From positions 44,575 to 108,574 of the forward strand of contig JANXDO010000001.1 in assembly GCA_025059375.1 (NCBI GenBank): a stretch of 64,000 bases of DNA, written 5' to 3'. This DNA is from Candidatus Nezhaarchaeota archaeon. GTDB lineage: Archaea > Thermoproteota > Methanomethylicia > Nezhaarchaeales > WYZ-LMO8. A program made the translations under genes and the position numbers. Positions 47,156 to 57,342 of this stretch are shown here, one piece after another (positions within the stretch are counted from its first letter, which is position 1; the number at the start of each line of letters is the position of its first letter). The notes below the pieces were generated by a model. It was not told where the DNA came from and ran no database searches. It saw only the letters and a list, made by a program, of their open reading frames with translations.

Positions 47156-47875
47156 CTATATGAGGCCAAGGCGACTAAGATCGCGAGCCTTAACTTTACC
47201 TGAATGCAGTGCTGAGCTTATGAGCACGCCGGATGCACCTAAATCTCTGATTGTAAGAACATCCACCATATCCCTGACACCACCACCAACGTAAACTTCA
47301 AAGCCGCCATCCACTAGGAGCTTCGTACACTCAATATTAGGTCCAGTGTAAGCTCCAACCCTGTCAAAGTCTATTAATATCACCTTACTTACACCAATAG
47401 CGTTGAGGACCTTAATGAAATCACGTACACTAAGACCATCAATCTCAGCCGCCATGCTAATGACCCTCCCTCCCCTCACGTCTAAGCTTAGAAATGCCCT
47501 GTCATTGCACCTCTCCAATGCATGAAGAAGAAACTTTAAGTTTGGAGCAGTCTCCGTAGCGATAACTGGATAATCGACCAGCTCAATGGCCTTTTCCAAC
47601 TTCACCTCGTCGCTGACGCCAATATCAGCCATAACCTTAATGCCCGTGCCCTTTAGGCTGTAAAACATTTGCTCGTTAATGCCGTGACCCGTTATAGCGT
47701 CCAAATCAGCTACATACAACAACTTAAAACCATCAGACAGGAGCTTAGAAGCCAACTTTAACGGGTCACAAGTCCCATAGACACTATCAGTTATGGGCTT
47801 ATAGAGCTCCCTCATACCCATTATAGCCTGAACTACAACTCCACCCATAACATCTATTACTGGGATGACTATCAT
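47156..47875 (-). CDS. HisA/HisF-family (beta/alpha)8 barrel protein, H4MPT-linked type
   Basis: MIVIPVIDVMGGVVVQ N-terminus and a GGGVR phosphate-binding block. No other his genes are nearby; it sits beside mch. Confidence 0.7.
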   Translation of the reverse strand: MIVIPVIDVMGGVVVQAIMGMRELYKPITDSVYGTCDPLKLASKLLSDGFKLLYVADLDAITGHGINEQMFYSLKGTGIKVMADIGVSDEVKLEKAIELVDYPVIATETAPNLKFLLHALERCNDRAFLSLDVRGGRVISMAAEIDGLSVRDFIKVLNAIGVSKVILIDFDRVGAYTGPNIECTKLLVDGGFEVYVGGGVRDMVDVLTIRDLGASGVLISSALHSGKVKARDLSRLGLI

Positions 47876-48453
47876 GTCCCTCTAGCATAAAGAAACTGCT
47901 CACCCCTTTTATTGGTTAAGTGAGACGACAAGTAGGAGCATTGAGAGACAAACATTTATAAGCTTAGTGTTACTATTATCTATTGCTGTTCACACCAAGA
48001 CCACTTCGGCTGGGAAGCCCTTGAGTGGTGGATGAAACCTAGACACCACTCACTATAGTTAACGATTATTTGGCAGTGGCCCTAAGGGGTCTTACCATAC
48101 GTCACTCGATGATTAGTGCAGCGAACAGTGATTGATGGCTTCGTTAATTACATAGCTAACTTGACTATTGATCTTGGGAACTTGAGGAACACCTAGGCAG
48201 TTAAGCTCTTGTTGAGTCTACGATTAACATGCTCAAATTAAGCCATTAACTTGCTTTATAAAAAGAAGTTCCTCAAATCTCTCTATTAACTAGCTACCTT
48301 AACAGACAACGACAAGCCTCAACTGCCACCTCAAAAGGCTGTACATGTTGCATGACCTGAATTGCAACGCCATCGATAACTTCAATCGGTCACGAGAAGA
48401 ACCGCGGATGAAAACTCTTTTACCATAGGAATCACAATTAGCTCCTGATACAC

Positions 48454-49515
48454 ATGTCGTACCTTGGATTTGACATTGGAGGGGCCAACATAAAGGTTTC
48501 GGCGCTTCAAGCTGACGACTTATTTAGGTTAAGGTCTATCAAACTTCACTATCCCTTGTGGGTTAGGGGTATTGAGAATCTCCCCAATGCTATAAGACAT
48601 GCAATAAACCTGCTAGGCGACGATAAGCATGATGGCGTGGCTGTGACCATGACGGCCGAGCTATCCGATGTATTTAAGGATAAGAGGGAGGGGGTTAATG
48701 AAGTTATTAAAGCCATTAGGAGTGTGGTAAGAGACTTCAAGGTCATCACCGTTAAAGGTCAGCTCATAGACCCCAAAGACGCTGTTGAACGCTACCTTGA
48801 TGTGGCTGCGGCGAATTGGTGGGCTGTAGGTTGGTTTGCATCAATTCTAGAAGAGAACTGCATTGTAGTGGACGTTGGAAGTACGACAACAACAATAACG
48901 CCAGTTGTAAATGGAAAGCCCTCACCTCAAGGACTTAATGATGTCGAGAAAATGATAGTAGGGGAAATAGTTTATGTTGGATCGCTTAGGACGCCTTTAT
49001 CATCAGTGGGAGCTCTTATCCCACTTAATGGGGCGTGGTGTAGAGTATCGTCTGAGTACTTCGCAAATATCGGTGATGTAAACAGGTTACTTAACCACAT
49101 AAGTGAAGATGAGTATGACGTAGAAACTCCAGATAGAAGGGGTAAGAGTATTGAAGACTGCCATAACAGGCTTTCAAGAACAGTCTGCGGAGATGGCAAG
49201 ATGTTAACGCTCCTCCAAACAAAGCTTATAGCAAGATTCTTATATGAGAGAGCTGTTGAAATGATCTTCAACGGTCTAATTCAAGTCTTAAGTCGCCTTG
49301 CTTCAGAGGGAAACCTGCCAAGTGTAGCATTCGCTGCAGGCTTAGGTGACTTCATGGCACTCGATGCGATAAAGAGGGCAGGCATTGAAGGTATCGTATT
49401 GAGGGATATTATAGGTCGAGATAACTCCATAGCCCTAACGTCAGCCTCTCTTGCTACTTACTTAGCCCATAGCTTGGGGGTTGATGTAAAGAGATGGATT
49501 TCGTCATTAAAATAG
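48454..49515 (+). CDS. hydantoinase/oxoprolinase-like ASKHA ATPase, probable H4MPT-linked C1 pathway protein
   Basis: LGFDIGGANIK phosphate-1 motif and VDVGSTTTTITP phosphate-2 motif. Confidence 0.65.
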   Translation: MSYLGFDIGGANIKVSALQADDLFRLRSIKLHYPLWVRGIENLPNAIRHAINLLGDDKHDGVAVTMTAELSDVFKDKREGVNEVIKAIRSVVRDFKVITVKGQLIDPKDAVERYLDVAAANWWAVGWFASILEENCIVVDVGSTTTTITPVVNGKPSPQGLNDVEKMIVGEIVYVGSLRTPLSSVGALIPLNGAWCRVSSEYFANIGDVNRLLNHISEDEYDVETPDRRGKSIEDCHNRLSRTVCGDGKMLTLLQTKLIARFLYERAVEMIFNGLIQVLSRLASEGNLPSVAFAAGLGDFMALDAIKRAGIEGIVLRDIIGRDNSIALTSASLATYLAHSLGVDVKRWISSLK

Positions 49516-50141
49516 GAGGCTCACTGTATAAGTATCCTGGGAAGCTAAGAGAGTTATGCCAACATGCATCTACATGGCTAAAGGGAAGGAGGTGCATAAT
49601 AACACCTGGTGGGGGGCCCTTCACAGACTTAGTTAGATTAGCTCAGAGGGACCACAACATCTCTGATGAGATAGCTCATGAAATGGCCTTAATAGCTGTG
49701 GACCAGTATGGACTAATGCTTAGTGACATGATTAGCAACTCTAAGCCTGTAAAAAGTATAGTTGAAGCTAGAAAACTAATACCGAGCGCGATCCCAATAC
49801 TACTTCCAAGCAACTTAATCTTAAGTTCAGACGTACTTGAACACTCTTGGAGAGCAGGCTCTGACTGTATAGCTGCTATTGTAGCAAGGATTTGTAACGC
49901 CCACAAACTCATATTGGTTAAGGACGTTGATGGAGTATATGAGATCATAGACTCTAAGCTATTAACTGAAGTCTCATTAAGCAAGGTAAGGCAAATGAAA
50001 ACGTGTCTGGATCCTCTTCTCCCAGAGACTCTAGAAGGTTCAGGTATTGAGTGCATAGTGGTCAATGGGCTTAAGCCAGATAGGGTCAAGGCAGTAATAG
50101 ACGGATTAAAAACAGTGTGCACTAGAATAGTACCTGGCTGA
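49494..50141 (+). CDS. amino-acid-kinase-fold protein (possible methanofuran-pathway kinase, MfnE-like)
   Basis: VIKIGGSLYKYP N-terminal kinase motif and LVKDVDGVY. Overlaps the preceding gene and lies tail-to-tail with mfnB. Confidence 0.6.
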   Translation: MDFVIKIGGSLYKYPGKLRELCQHASTWLKGRRCIITPGGGPFTDLVRLAQRDHNISDEIAHEMALIAVDQYGLMLSDMISNSKPVKSIVEARKLIPSAIPILLPSNLILSSDVLEHSWRAGSDCIAAIVARICNAHKLILVKDVDGVYEIIDSKLLTEVSLSKVRQMKTCLDPLLPETLEGSGIECIVVNGLKPDRVKAVIDGLKTVCTRIVPG

Positions 50142-50142
50142 C

Positions 50143-50850
50143 TCACGACAAACTGTTATCCGGCTTGTACGTCTTCACGATAAGCTTAACACTCGCCCTA
50201 GATACCCTACCCTTAACCCTATCGCCACTACATGCAGCACCTCTAAACCCCACGACATCCGGCTTAAGCGCAATAACACGATCGGCGTGACTCAAGTTCA
50301 ATGAACCAGCTAGTGCGAAGACGAGCCCCATATCGTGTGCCTCCGCTATGATCTTTGAGAGGAAGCTATCACTGAGGTAATCAAAAGTTGATCGACCATT
50401 CTTTATGAGCGTGTCAATCATTAAAGCCTCGCAGTCAGACTTGTATGCCGCTCTTAACAGTTCAAATGGGTTAAGACAACAGTTCAAACCGTAGTCTGCG
50501 TAGGCTACAACTACAAGCTTAGCGCGATTAAGCCTCGACCTTATTTCCTTATACGCATCGACTGCCTCATCCAAACTCTTTAAACCTAAACTTCCGACCT
50601 TAACGTAATCGACATCACGATCTTCAACAGCACAAGCCAGCTCCTTCACCACTTGACCATGAGGCTCATCGCCGAGGGCCACGCTGACAGTGATGCCTCT
50701 CGGTAAACATCTCTTAACGGATTCTACGATCGCAATACTAGGAGCTCCAAGAGAACCCTTAGTTGGATCCTTAACATCAATTATATCTGCCCCTCCAGCC
50801 AACGCCTCAATGGCCTCATCGGCATCCAAAACACTTATTAGAACCTTCAT
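50143..50850 (-). CDS. mfnB: (5-formylfuran-3-yl)methyl phosphate synthase (DUF556 family)
   Basis: MKVLISVLDADEAIEALAGGADIIDVKDPTKGSLGA matches the MfnB N-terminal signature. 235 aa. Confidence 0.78.
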   Translation of the reverse strand: MKVLISVLDADEAIEALAGGADIIDVKDPTKGSLGAPSIAIVESVKRCLPRGITVSVALGDEPHGQVVKELACAVEDRDVDYVKVGSLGLKSLDEAVDAYKEIRSRLNRAKLVVVAYADYGLNCCLNPFELLRAAYKSDCEALMIDTLIKNGRSTFDYLSDSFLSKIIAEAHDMGLVFALAGSLNLSHADRVIALKPDVVGFRGAACSGDRVKGRVSRASVKLIVKTYKPDNSLS

Positions 50851-50916
50851 CGTAGAAAAGTCTTTCTTAGTCTGAATTAAAAGCTTTAGTAAAAAAGGTC
50901 ACTTGGAGGAGTAAGC

Positions 50917-51330
50917 TTGTCAAGCTGGAGGGATGAAATCGCAAGCCTGCTAGATCGAGGTAAGGGGTTTGAAGTTGTCTATGAGGATGGAAGAATTAGG
51001 ATATTAGAAGTTAAAGGGGTTTCAAAGGGTACTGTTAGTCCAAAGGAAATTAAGGGAGTGAGGAAAGCTAGAGTGAAGCCTCCACCACCCAAGTTGAAGA
51101 ATTTAATAATTGAATTGTCTGAGGAACTTATAAAGGTCGGTAAAAAATTCAAGGTTACACTAGGACAAGGAGACTTTATACTGCGTTTTGACTTAGATCA
51201 CTACGTAAGAGTTGACTTAGTATCATCGAGTGTTGTCGGCTTTGAAAATCTTAATGAAGAACCAATAAGAATAGTTGCTGACCTGCTAAAGAGCCACGGT
51301 GAAGTTAGGATATTGAAACCGTTAAGGTAG
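50917..51330 (+). CDS. hypothetical protein
   Basis: 137-aa ORF with protein-like composition. No motif recognised. Confidence 0.45.
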   Translation: MSSWRDEIASLLDRGKGFEVVYEDGRIRILEVKGVSKGTVSPKEIKGVRKARVKPPPPKLKNLIIELSEELIKVGKKFKVTLGQGDFILRFDLDHYVRVDLVSSSVVGFENLNEEPIRIVADLLKSHGEVRILKPLR

Positions 51331-51640
51331 CAAGGTCAGTCGAAACCTCCCTCATCACGATGAGGCTCAGGACGTACTTCGTCATCATCCACTCTATCTC
51401 ATTAACTTTCCTTTAAATAAGGGTTACTTTAAAGAAACTAATTATAAGGAGAATTAAACACTCGAGTCACTGTGTGAGAATCTTTAATTTGTCGTTGAGA
51501 CTACTATTTTTAGGGCGTGATGACGTGCCCTCCAAGACCGCTACGAATGACGACAGAGACTGCCGTAACCTATTGACTCGCTCTCACAATGATCGCGGTT
51601 TAACCATCAAGAGCTTGAAGTAAACTTGGGGGGTTAAAGA

Positions 51641-52807
51641 TTGCCGACAAACTTGCCAGCCGAGGCGAAGGCTAGGTGGTTAAAGGTTCTTGAAGCTAAA
51701 AGCCCGGAGGAAAAGCTTCAAGCTCTACAAGAGTTTCTATCAGCAATTCCTCAGCATAAAGGTACTGAGAAGCTTCGAGCCCAAGTTAGAGCTAAGATAG
51801 CTTCCCTACGAAGAGAAATTGAGGAGAGAAGAATCAAGAAATCTGGTGGAAGAGGGCCTAAGATATTCATTGAGAAGGAGGGGGACGCTCAGATAGTACT
51901 ACTGAGTACTACTGGGGCTGGTAGAAGTAGCTTACTTCGCGCCCTCACAAATGCTAAACCAGAGATAGCTCAAAGACCATTCACGACGACTAGGCCTGTA
52001 CCGGGCATGTACATAAGTGATGACATCATGTATCAGCTCATTGAGGCCCCACCAGTAGTTAAGGGCTCGGCTGATGGGGAGGCATGGGGATCCATAATCA
52101 TGACCTTAGTCCGCAACGCCGATGGAGTTATAATACTGCTGGACGCCTCATCCGACCCAATAGGGCAGTTAAATTTAATACTCGATGAACTTGAAAAAGC
52201 TGGCATTACAGTAATGAAGCCTAAGGCAAGGGTAGAGGTATCGAGAGGCACCTCAAGAGAACCTCAAGTCATAGTTAAAGGTAGACTTGTAGGATGTACA
52301 GTAGACGATGTGAAGAGGCTTCTCATAAGCTACAAGCTCTTTAACAGCAAAGTGGTAATCGACGGTGAAGCTGAACTAGATGACGTAGAGGAAGCAATTT
52401 TGGGCGGCAAAATATACAAGCCAGCCATAGTCGTTGCGAATAAAATAGACCTAGTGCGCGATAGAAGCGTGATAGAGCTATTAAAGGAGAAATGTCACCC
52501 ACTACCAGTGATAGAAGTCTCCTGCACTACGAGCATTGGGCTTGAATCTATAGGGAAATACATTTTCAATCAATTGGAGCTCATGAGGATATACACTAAA
52601 GAGCCTTGGGAGGATAAGCCAGCTTCAAGGCCACTTGTACTAAAGAGAGGAGCCACAGTTCAAGAAGTTGCTGAACATATTCATAGCAAATTAGCTAAAA
52701 ACTTGAAGTACGCAAGGGTATGGGGACCATCAGTCAAGTACCCCGGCGAGAAGGTAGGACGTGACCACGTGTTAGCTGATGGTGACATAGTGGAGCTTAA
52801 AGCTTAG
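51641..52807 (+). CDS. DRG/Obg-type GTPase-like protein with C-terminal TGS domain (atypical G1/G3 motifs)
   Basis: Archaeal DRG N-terminal helix (PAEAKARWLKVLEAK), FTTT (G2), NKID (G4), and a TGS tail ending DGDIVELK. However, G1 reads STTGAGRS and G3 reads IEAPP. Confidence 0.75.
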   Translation: MPTNLPAEAKARWLKVLEAKSPEEKLQALQEFLSAIPQHKGTEKLRAQVRAKIASLRREIEERRIKKSGGRGPKIFIEKEGDAQIVLLSTTGAGRSSLLRALTNAKPEIAQRPFTTTRPVPGMYISDDIMYQLIEAPPVVKGSADGEAWGSIIMTLVRNADGVIILLDASSDPIGQLNLILDELEKAGITVMKPKARVEVSRGTSREPQVIVKGRLVGCTVDDVKRLLISYKLFNSKVVIDGEAELDDVEEAILGGKIYKPAIVVANKIDLVRDRSVIELLKEKCHPLPVIEVSCTTSIGLESIGKYIFNQLELMRIYTKEPWEDKPASRPLVLKRGATVQEVAEHIHSKLAKNLKYARVWGPSVKYPGEKVGRDHVLADGDIVELKA

Positions 52808-52810
52808 GCA

Positions 52811-53029
52811 TCATCTCAGAGCCTCTCCTATAGCGTGCCTAGGTCTAACACTAACTATCTTAATCCTTAATCTCTCTCCAGCCATCGCCCCGGGCACAAG
52901 AACCACAAAGCCTTTAATCCTTGCTACCCCCTCCCCTCTTTGGTTAACACTTTCAATAGTTACATGATAAACTTCATTTTCTTTCACGGGGGCTTTCTTA
53001 GAGGAGCCCCTTTTACCCCTCTTAGTCAC
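52811..53029 (-). CDS. TRAM domain protein
   Basis: YHVTIESVNQRGEGVARIKGFVVLVPGAMAGERLRIKI matches a stand-alone TRAM fold. Confidence 0.8.
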   Translation of the reverse strand: MTKRGKRGSSKKAPVKENEVYHVTIESVNQRGEGVARIKGFVVLVPGAMAGERLRIKIVSVRPRHAIGEALR

Positions 53030-53174
53030 TAGTTAAACCTCCAGTGCATCCTAAACCTCCTTCGTGAAGGCTTTCTGTTCTCTTAATATTTAAACTGTTC
53101 TGAGAGTCATTAACATACTAAGCTTTATCTTTTAGAAAGTGGGGTTTAAGGTCTAAGAGTATGGGGAGTTAATC

Positions 53175-54491
53175 TTGATGAAATTACATAACTTACAGTG
53201 GAAGACTCATAGGGTTAAGGACGTATTCAAGTCACCTGAAGGTTCAAAGGTTAAGATTGCAGGGTGGGCGCATGCTATTAGAGATCTGGGTAGCATAATC
53301 TTCGTAATGTTTAGAGATGTTGATGGCATGGTTCAGGTTGTAGCCTCTAAATCAGAATTAGATGAGGAGACCTTCAGCAAGCTTAAGGAGATTAAACCTG
53401 AAAGCGTCCTATCCATTGAAGGCATCGTAAGGAGGTCTCCCAAGGCTCCTGGTGGGCTTGAAATTAAAGCTACATCAGTGACTGTACTAAACAAAGCATC
53501 AGTTCCCAGCCACCTGGAGCCAGCCAGTAGAAGTAAATTGACTTTAGATGAGAGACTTGACAACAGGGTCCTAGACCTAAGGAAGCCACGTAACATAGCG
53601 ATCTTTAAGTTTCAATCAACATTAGTAAACAGCATGAAGGAGTACCTTAATTCTCAAGGCTTCATAGAGATCTTTACCCCAAGGCTTATAGCTACAGCAA
53701 CTGAAGGTGGGGCAGCACTCTTCCCCATAGCTTACTTTGACATGGAGGCTTTCTTGGCTCAAAGCCCTCAGCTATACAAAGAGCAACTTTCATCAGTCTT
53801 TGAAAGAGTATACGAAATAGGTCCTCTATTTAGGGCTGAGGAGTCCCAAACGGATAGGCATGTTTCAGAGTACATTGGAGTTGATGTGGAGGTAGCATTC
53901 GCTACGCACAGAGAGGTTATGGAACTATTAGAGGATCTCCTGGTATACAGCGTCCATAAAACAGTTGATGAGCTTAGAGATGAACTCGAGAAAAACGGTT
54001 TAAGTTGTCTAGAGATCGAGAAACCATTTACAAGAGTAACTTACGATGAAGTCGTTAAGCTATTAGTTGAACAAGGAGTCAAGATAGAGTGGGGCGAAGA
54101 CCTCTCAACGGAGGCTGAGAGGAAACTTGGCGAGATGTTTAAGGGTCCATACTTCATAACTGATTGGCCTACGAGAATTAAGCCATTCTACATAATGCCC
54201 AGCCCCGACAATCCGGAGATAAGCCATTCATTCGACTTAATGATAGGCAGAATAGAGGTAGCATCGGGTGGGCAGAGAATACACAACAAGAACCTATTAA
54301 TAACCCGTTTAAGGGAGTCAGGACTTGAACCTGAATCATTTAAACACCACTTAAAATGTTTTGAATGGGGTTTCCCCCCTCACGCTGGCTGGGGGCTTGG
54401 TTTAGCTAGGCTTGTAATGGCCCTGCTTGGGCTAAGCGATGTAAGGGAAGCAATACTATACCCAAGAGATAGATGGAGACTAATTCCATAA
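53175..54491 (+). CDS. aspS: aspartate--tRNA ligase (archaeal type)
   Basis: OB-fold N-terminus, FRAEESQTDRH (motif 2), GWGLGLARL (motif 3). 438 aa. Confidence 0.9.
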   Translation: MMKLHNLQWKTHRVKDVFKSPEGSKVKIAGWAHAIRDLGSIIFVMFRDVDGMVQVVASKSELDEETFSKLKEIKPESVLSIEGIVRRSPKAPGGLEIKATSVTVLNKASVPSHLEPASRSKLTLDERLDNRVLDLRKPRNIAIFKFQSTLVNSMKEYLNSQGFIEIFTPRLIATATEGGAALFPIAYFDMEAFLAQSPQLYKEQLSSVFERVYEIGPLFRAEESQTDRHVSEYIGVDVEVAFATHREVMELLEDLLVYSVHKTVDELRDELEKNGLSCLEIEKPFTRVTYDEVVKLLVEQGVKIEWGEDLSTEAERKLGEMFKGPYFITDWPTRIKPFYIMPSPDNPEISHSFDLMIGRIEVASGGQRIHNKNLLITRLRESGLEPESFKHHLKCFEWGFPPHAGWGLGLARLVMALLGLSDVREAILYPRDRWRLIP

Positions 54492-54577
54492 CACCTGACA
54501 CTATAAAGATTATAAGATTTCTCAACAATCTAGTAGCACCTTAGCCTTAACTAGGGCCATGAAGGAGGCACATCGAT

Positions 54578-56128
54578 TTGAAGGGCTTCACCCACCTTTC
54601 AGTGTCAGATTGGTTCTACAGGAATAGGTACATAGCGGGCTTCACTAATCCAGCTAGATCATTATATCAAGCTGTGAGAGAGCTGGTCGAGAATAGTCTT
54701 GATGCTTGTGAGGCTGCTGGGAATCTACCACACATAACCGTCGATCTAAAGCTCATAAGTGGGAGGGGGGCACCTAAGATCTACAAGCTGACTGTTTCAG
54801 ATAATGGAACCGGAATACCACCTCAATACGTTCCCCAGGCATTCTGCACAGTGCTATTTGGAAGCAAGTTTGAACTTAAACAGCAGAGGGGTCTCTTCGG
54901 TCTTGGAGTGAAAATGGCGGTTCTATACAGTCAGATAACAACGGGCAGACCGGTGGAGGTCACAACTTGCTATGACGGCTGTACAGAGTACCACTTCACT
55001 CTACAAATGGACCTAAAGAACAATAAGCCCATAGTCCTATCAAATAGAGCACAAAAACTTAAAGAACCGCGAAGAGGGACCACTGTAAAGATATGCCTAG
55101 TAGGGGATTATGATCGTAGATTAGGCTCGAAATCCACGGGAGACTACATTAGAGAGTACCTAAAACTTACAACTGTTGCCAACCCACATGCGACAATACT
55201 TTTCTCCGACCCCTATGACGCTGTGTATACGTTTGAGAGATCAGTAGAGAAGCTACCTCCATTGCCAAGAGAGGCTGTACCTCATCCTCACGGTGTCGAT
55301 GTCGAGATGCTTAAGAGGATGATAGAGAGCAGTAGGAGTACATCACTTCAAACATTTCTGTCAAAGAATTTTGATCGTGTGGGACCAAAAAAGGCGCTAG
55401 AATTTTTGAAGTGGGCTGGCTTTAACCCTAACAAGGACGTTAAGAAATTAACGGCTGATGAGATAGTTAAACTCGTTAATGCCCTCAAGGCCTATGAGAA
55501 GTTTTTACCACCATCACCAGACGTATTGAGTCCAATAGGTGCTGAAGAGCTTAAAGCAGCAATAAGCAGGCTCTTCAATCCCGAATTTGTTAAGACTGTC
55601 ACCAGACAACCCAAGTCTTACTCCGGATATCCATTCCAGGTAGAGGCTGGTATTGCATATGGAGGTCCTATCATAGAGGGTTTATGTAGGGGGGAGGGGG
55701 ACTTTAGGCTCCTCTTCAGATTTGCGAATAAAATACCTCTACTCTTTGATGAGAGGGGGGACGTCTGTAGAAAGGTTGTAGAAAGCATGGACTGGAAACA
55801 ATATAAAGTTGACGACACGACACCGATAGCCATTTTCATACATGTATGCTCAACTAGGATACCATACAAGACTGCTGGTAAGGAGATGATAGCTGACGTC
55901 GAAGAGATAGAGGAGGAGATAAGGTTTGCACTTATGGAGTGTGCTCGAGAGCTTCGAAGGTACATATACAGAAAGATGAAAGGGATAAAGGAAGAGGAGA
56001 GGCTTAACCTCCTTAAAGCATACATAGCTGAAATAGCTGATAACCTTGTTCGAGTCGTAAAAGAGGATAGACAAAAACTTGTAGAGCTAATGTGGATGGT
56101 GGTGACCAAACGTGTCAAGTCAAAGTGA
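54578..56128 (+). CDS. top6B: DNA topoisomerase VI subunit B
   Basis: GHKL N-box RELVENSLDA, DNGTGIP, and a transducer domain. 516 aa. Confidence 0.9.
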   Translation: MKGFTHLSVSDWFYRNRYIAGFTNPARSLYQAVRELVENSLDACEAAGNLPHITVDLKLISGRGAPKIYKLTVSDNGTGIPPQYVPQAFCTVLFGSKFELKQQRGLFGLGVKMAVLYSQITTGRPVEVTTCYDGCTEYHFTLQMDLKNNKPIVLSNRAQKLKEPRRGTTVKICLVGDYDRRLGSKSTGDYIREYLKLTTVANPHATILFSDPYDAVYTFERSVEKLPPLPREAVPHPHGVDVEMLKRMIESSRSTSLQTFLSKNFDRVGPKKALEFLKWAGFNPNKDVKKLTADEIVKLVNALKAYEKFLPPSPDVLSPIGAEELKAAISRLFNPEFVKTVTRQPKSYSGYPFQVEAGIAYGGPIIEGLCRGEGDFRLLFRFANKIPLLFDERGDVCRKVVESMDWKQYKVDDTTPIAIFIHVCSTRIPYKTAGKEMIADVEEIEEEIRFALMECARELRRYIYRKMKGIKEEERLNLLKAYIAEIADNLVRVVKEDRQKLVELMWMVVTKRVKSK

Positions 56129-57221
56129 CTACGGAGGAAGAGAGTGGATATCGGAGAAGATAGCTCAATTGCTCGAGAAATCAGTTTTAAAGCCCCTAAA
56201 AGCCGAGAAAGTGCCCTACTTTGAGCTGTTATCTAGAACCAAAGATAACGTCTTCATAGATGAGGAGATCCAAGTCATAAGGCTCGGTAACAAGAAGATT
56301 AAGAGGAGGCTTAGTAACATCGACGAAGCTAAGACTTTCATGAGGACGGTCCTGATAGCAGCAATAATATATGAAGCTATAAAGAACAATAAGTACCCAA
56401 CGATAAGGGATATATTTTATGACGCGAAACACACCATACCTGGCACCGACATAGACACAGTTGATGTCCAAGCAGAATCCGACAACATAATAGAGGACTT
56501 GGAAGTAATGTTGGGGGCAAGTAGGGAGGAGATGGGCCTTCAAACTGACGTCAAGTGCAAGGTCGTTGGCTTCATGCGAGTTAAGAGTGGGCGCGACATA
56601 ATAGATTGTTCACGTCAAGGTGAGGGTGGAGCCTACAGCCCACCAACTAACGTCGATAGGCTTGAGATACTCGACGTCAGCGCAGAGTATGTCTTGGTTG
56701 TCGAGAAGGATGCCGTCTTCAATACCTTGAACATGGAGAGGTATTGGGAGAAAAATAGGTGCATACTCATCACAGCTGGTGGGCAACCAGACAGACCAGC
56801 TAGAAGGCTCATTAAGAGGCTTAATGAGGAGCTTGGACTGCCAGTTTACGTGTTAACTGATGCCGACCCTTATGGATTCTACATATATAGCGTCTACAGG
56901 ATAGGCTCAATAACGCTGTCTCATGAGAGCGTAAGGTTAGCCTGCCCAAGAGCAAGGTTCATAGGTGTTTCAGTCAGTGACATATATGAATACAACCTAC
57001 CTAAGAACGTGATAATTAAGGCCAAGGAGGCGGACATAAAGAGAGCCATAGAGTTAAAGAGCTATCCATGGTTTCAGTCCCAAGCATGGCAGAGAGAACT
57101 TGATCTGTTCTTAGAGAGAAAGGAGAAAGCTGAGATAGAGGCATTCAGCTCAAAGAGCCTAGGTTTCCTAGAGGAAAAATATCTCCCTGAAAAAATCAAG
57201 AGTGGACACTACATTATGTAG
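56112..57221 (+). CDS. top6A: DNA topoisomerase VI subunit A (Spo11-like)
   Basis: Toprim LTDADPYGFYIYSVY and a winged-helix 5Y-CAP region. Overlaps top6B. Confidence 0.9.
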   Translation: MSSQSDYGGREWISEKIAQLLEKSVLKPLKAEKVPYFELLSRTKDNVFIDEEIQVIRLGNKKIKRRLSNIDEAKTFMRTVLIAAIIYEAIKNNKYPTIRDIFYDAKHTIPGTDIDTVDVQAESDNIIEDLEVMLGASREEMGLQTDVKCKVVGFMRVKSGRDIIDCSRQGEGGAYSPPTNVDRLEILDVSAEYVLVVEKDAVFNTLNMERYWEKNRCILITAGGQPDRPARRLIKRLNEELGLPVYVLTDADPYGFYIYSVYRIGSITLSHESVRLACPRARFIGVSVSDIYEYNLPKNVIIKAKEADIKRAIELKSYPWFQSQAWQRELDLFLERKEKAEIEAFSSKSLGFLEEKYLPEKIKSGHYIM

Positions 57222-57342
57222 CTATAGTCAAGTGGAGGACGTCATCATAAACTTTAAATTACTTCCTCACGTAAAAAGAGGGTCTAGAGACGGATTATAA
57301 GCTAATAAAGACGTAAGATATTGAGAGAAGGGGGTTAAAGCC

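Noticed and set aside
49676-50146. Long antisense ORFs: 156 aa here, 166 aa at 55618..56118, 125 aa at 30173..30550, 137 aa at 58952..59365, and others.
   Set aside because: Each is fully nested opposite a motif-supported gene (amino-acid kinase, top6B, nnr, lysK) and is Ser/Leu/Thr-rich. This is typical of stop-poor antisense frames. No independent evidence supports them.
51508-51600. Possible C/D-box sRNA (GTGATGA followed about 30 nt later by AATGACGA).
   Set aside because: No CTGA D or D' boxes occur at the required spacing on either strand, and there is no terminal kink-turn pairing.
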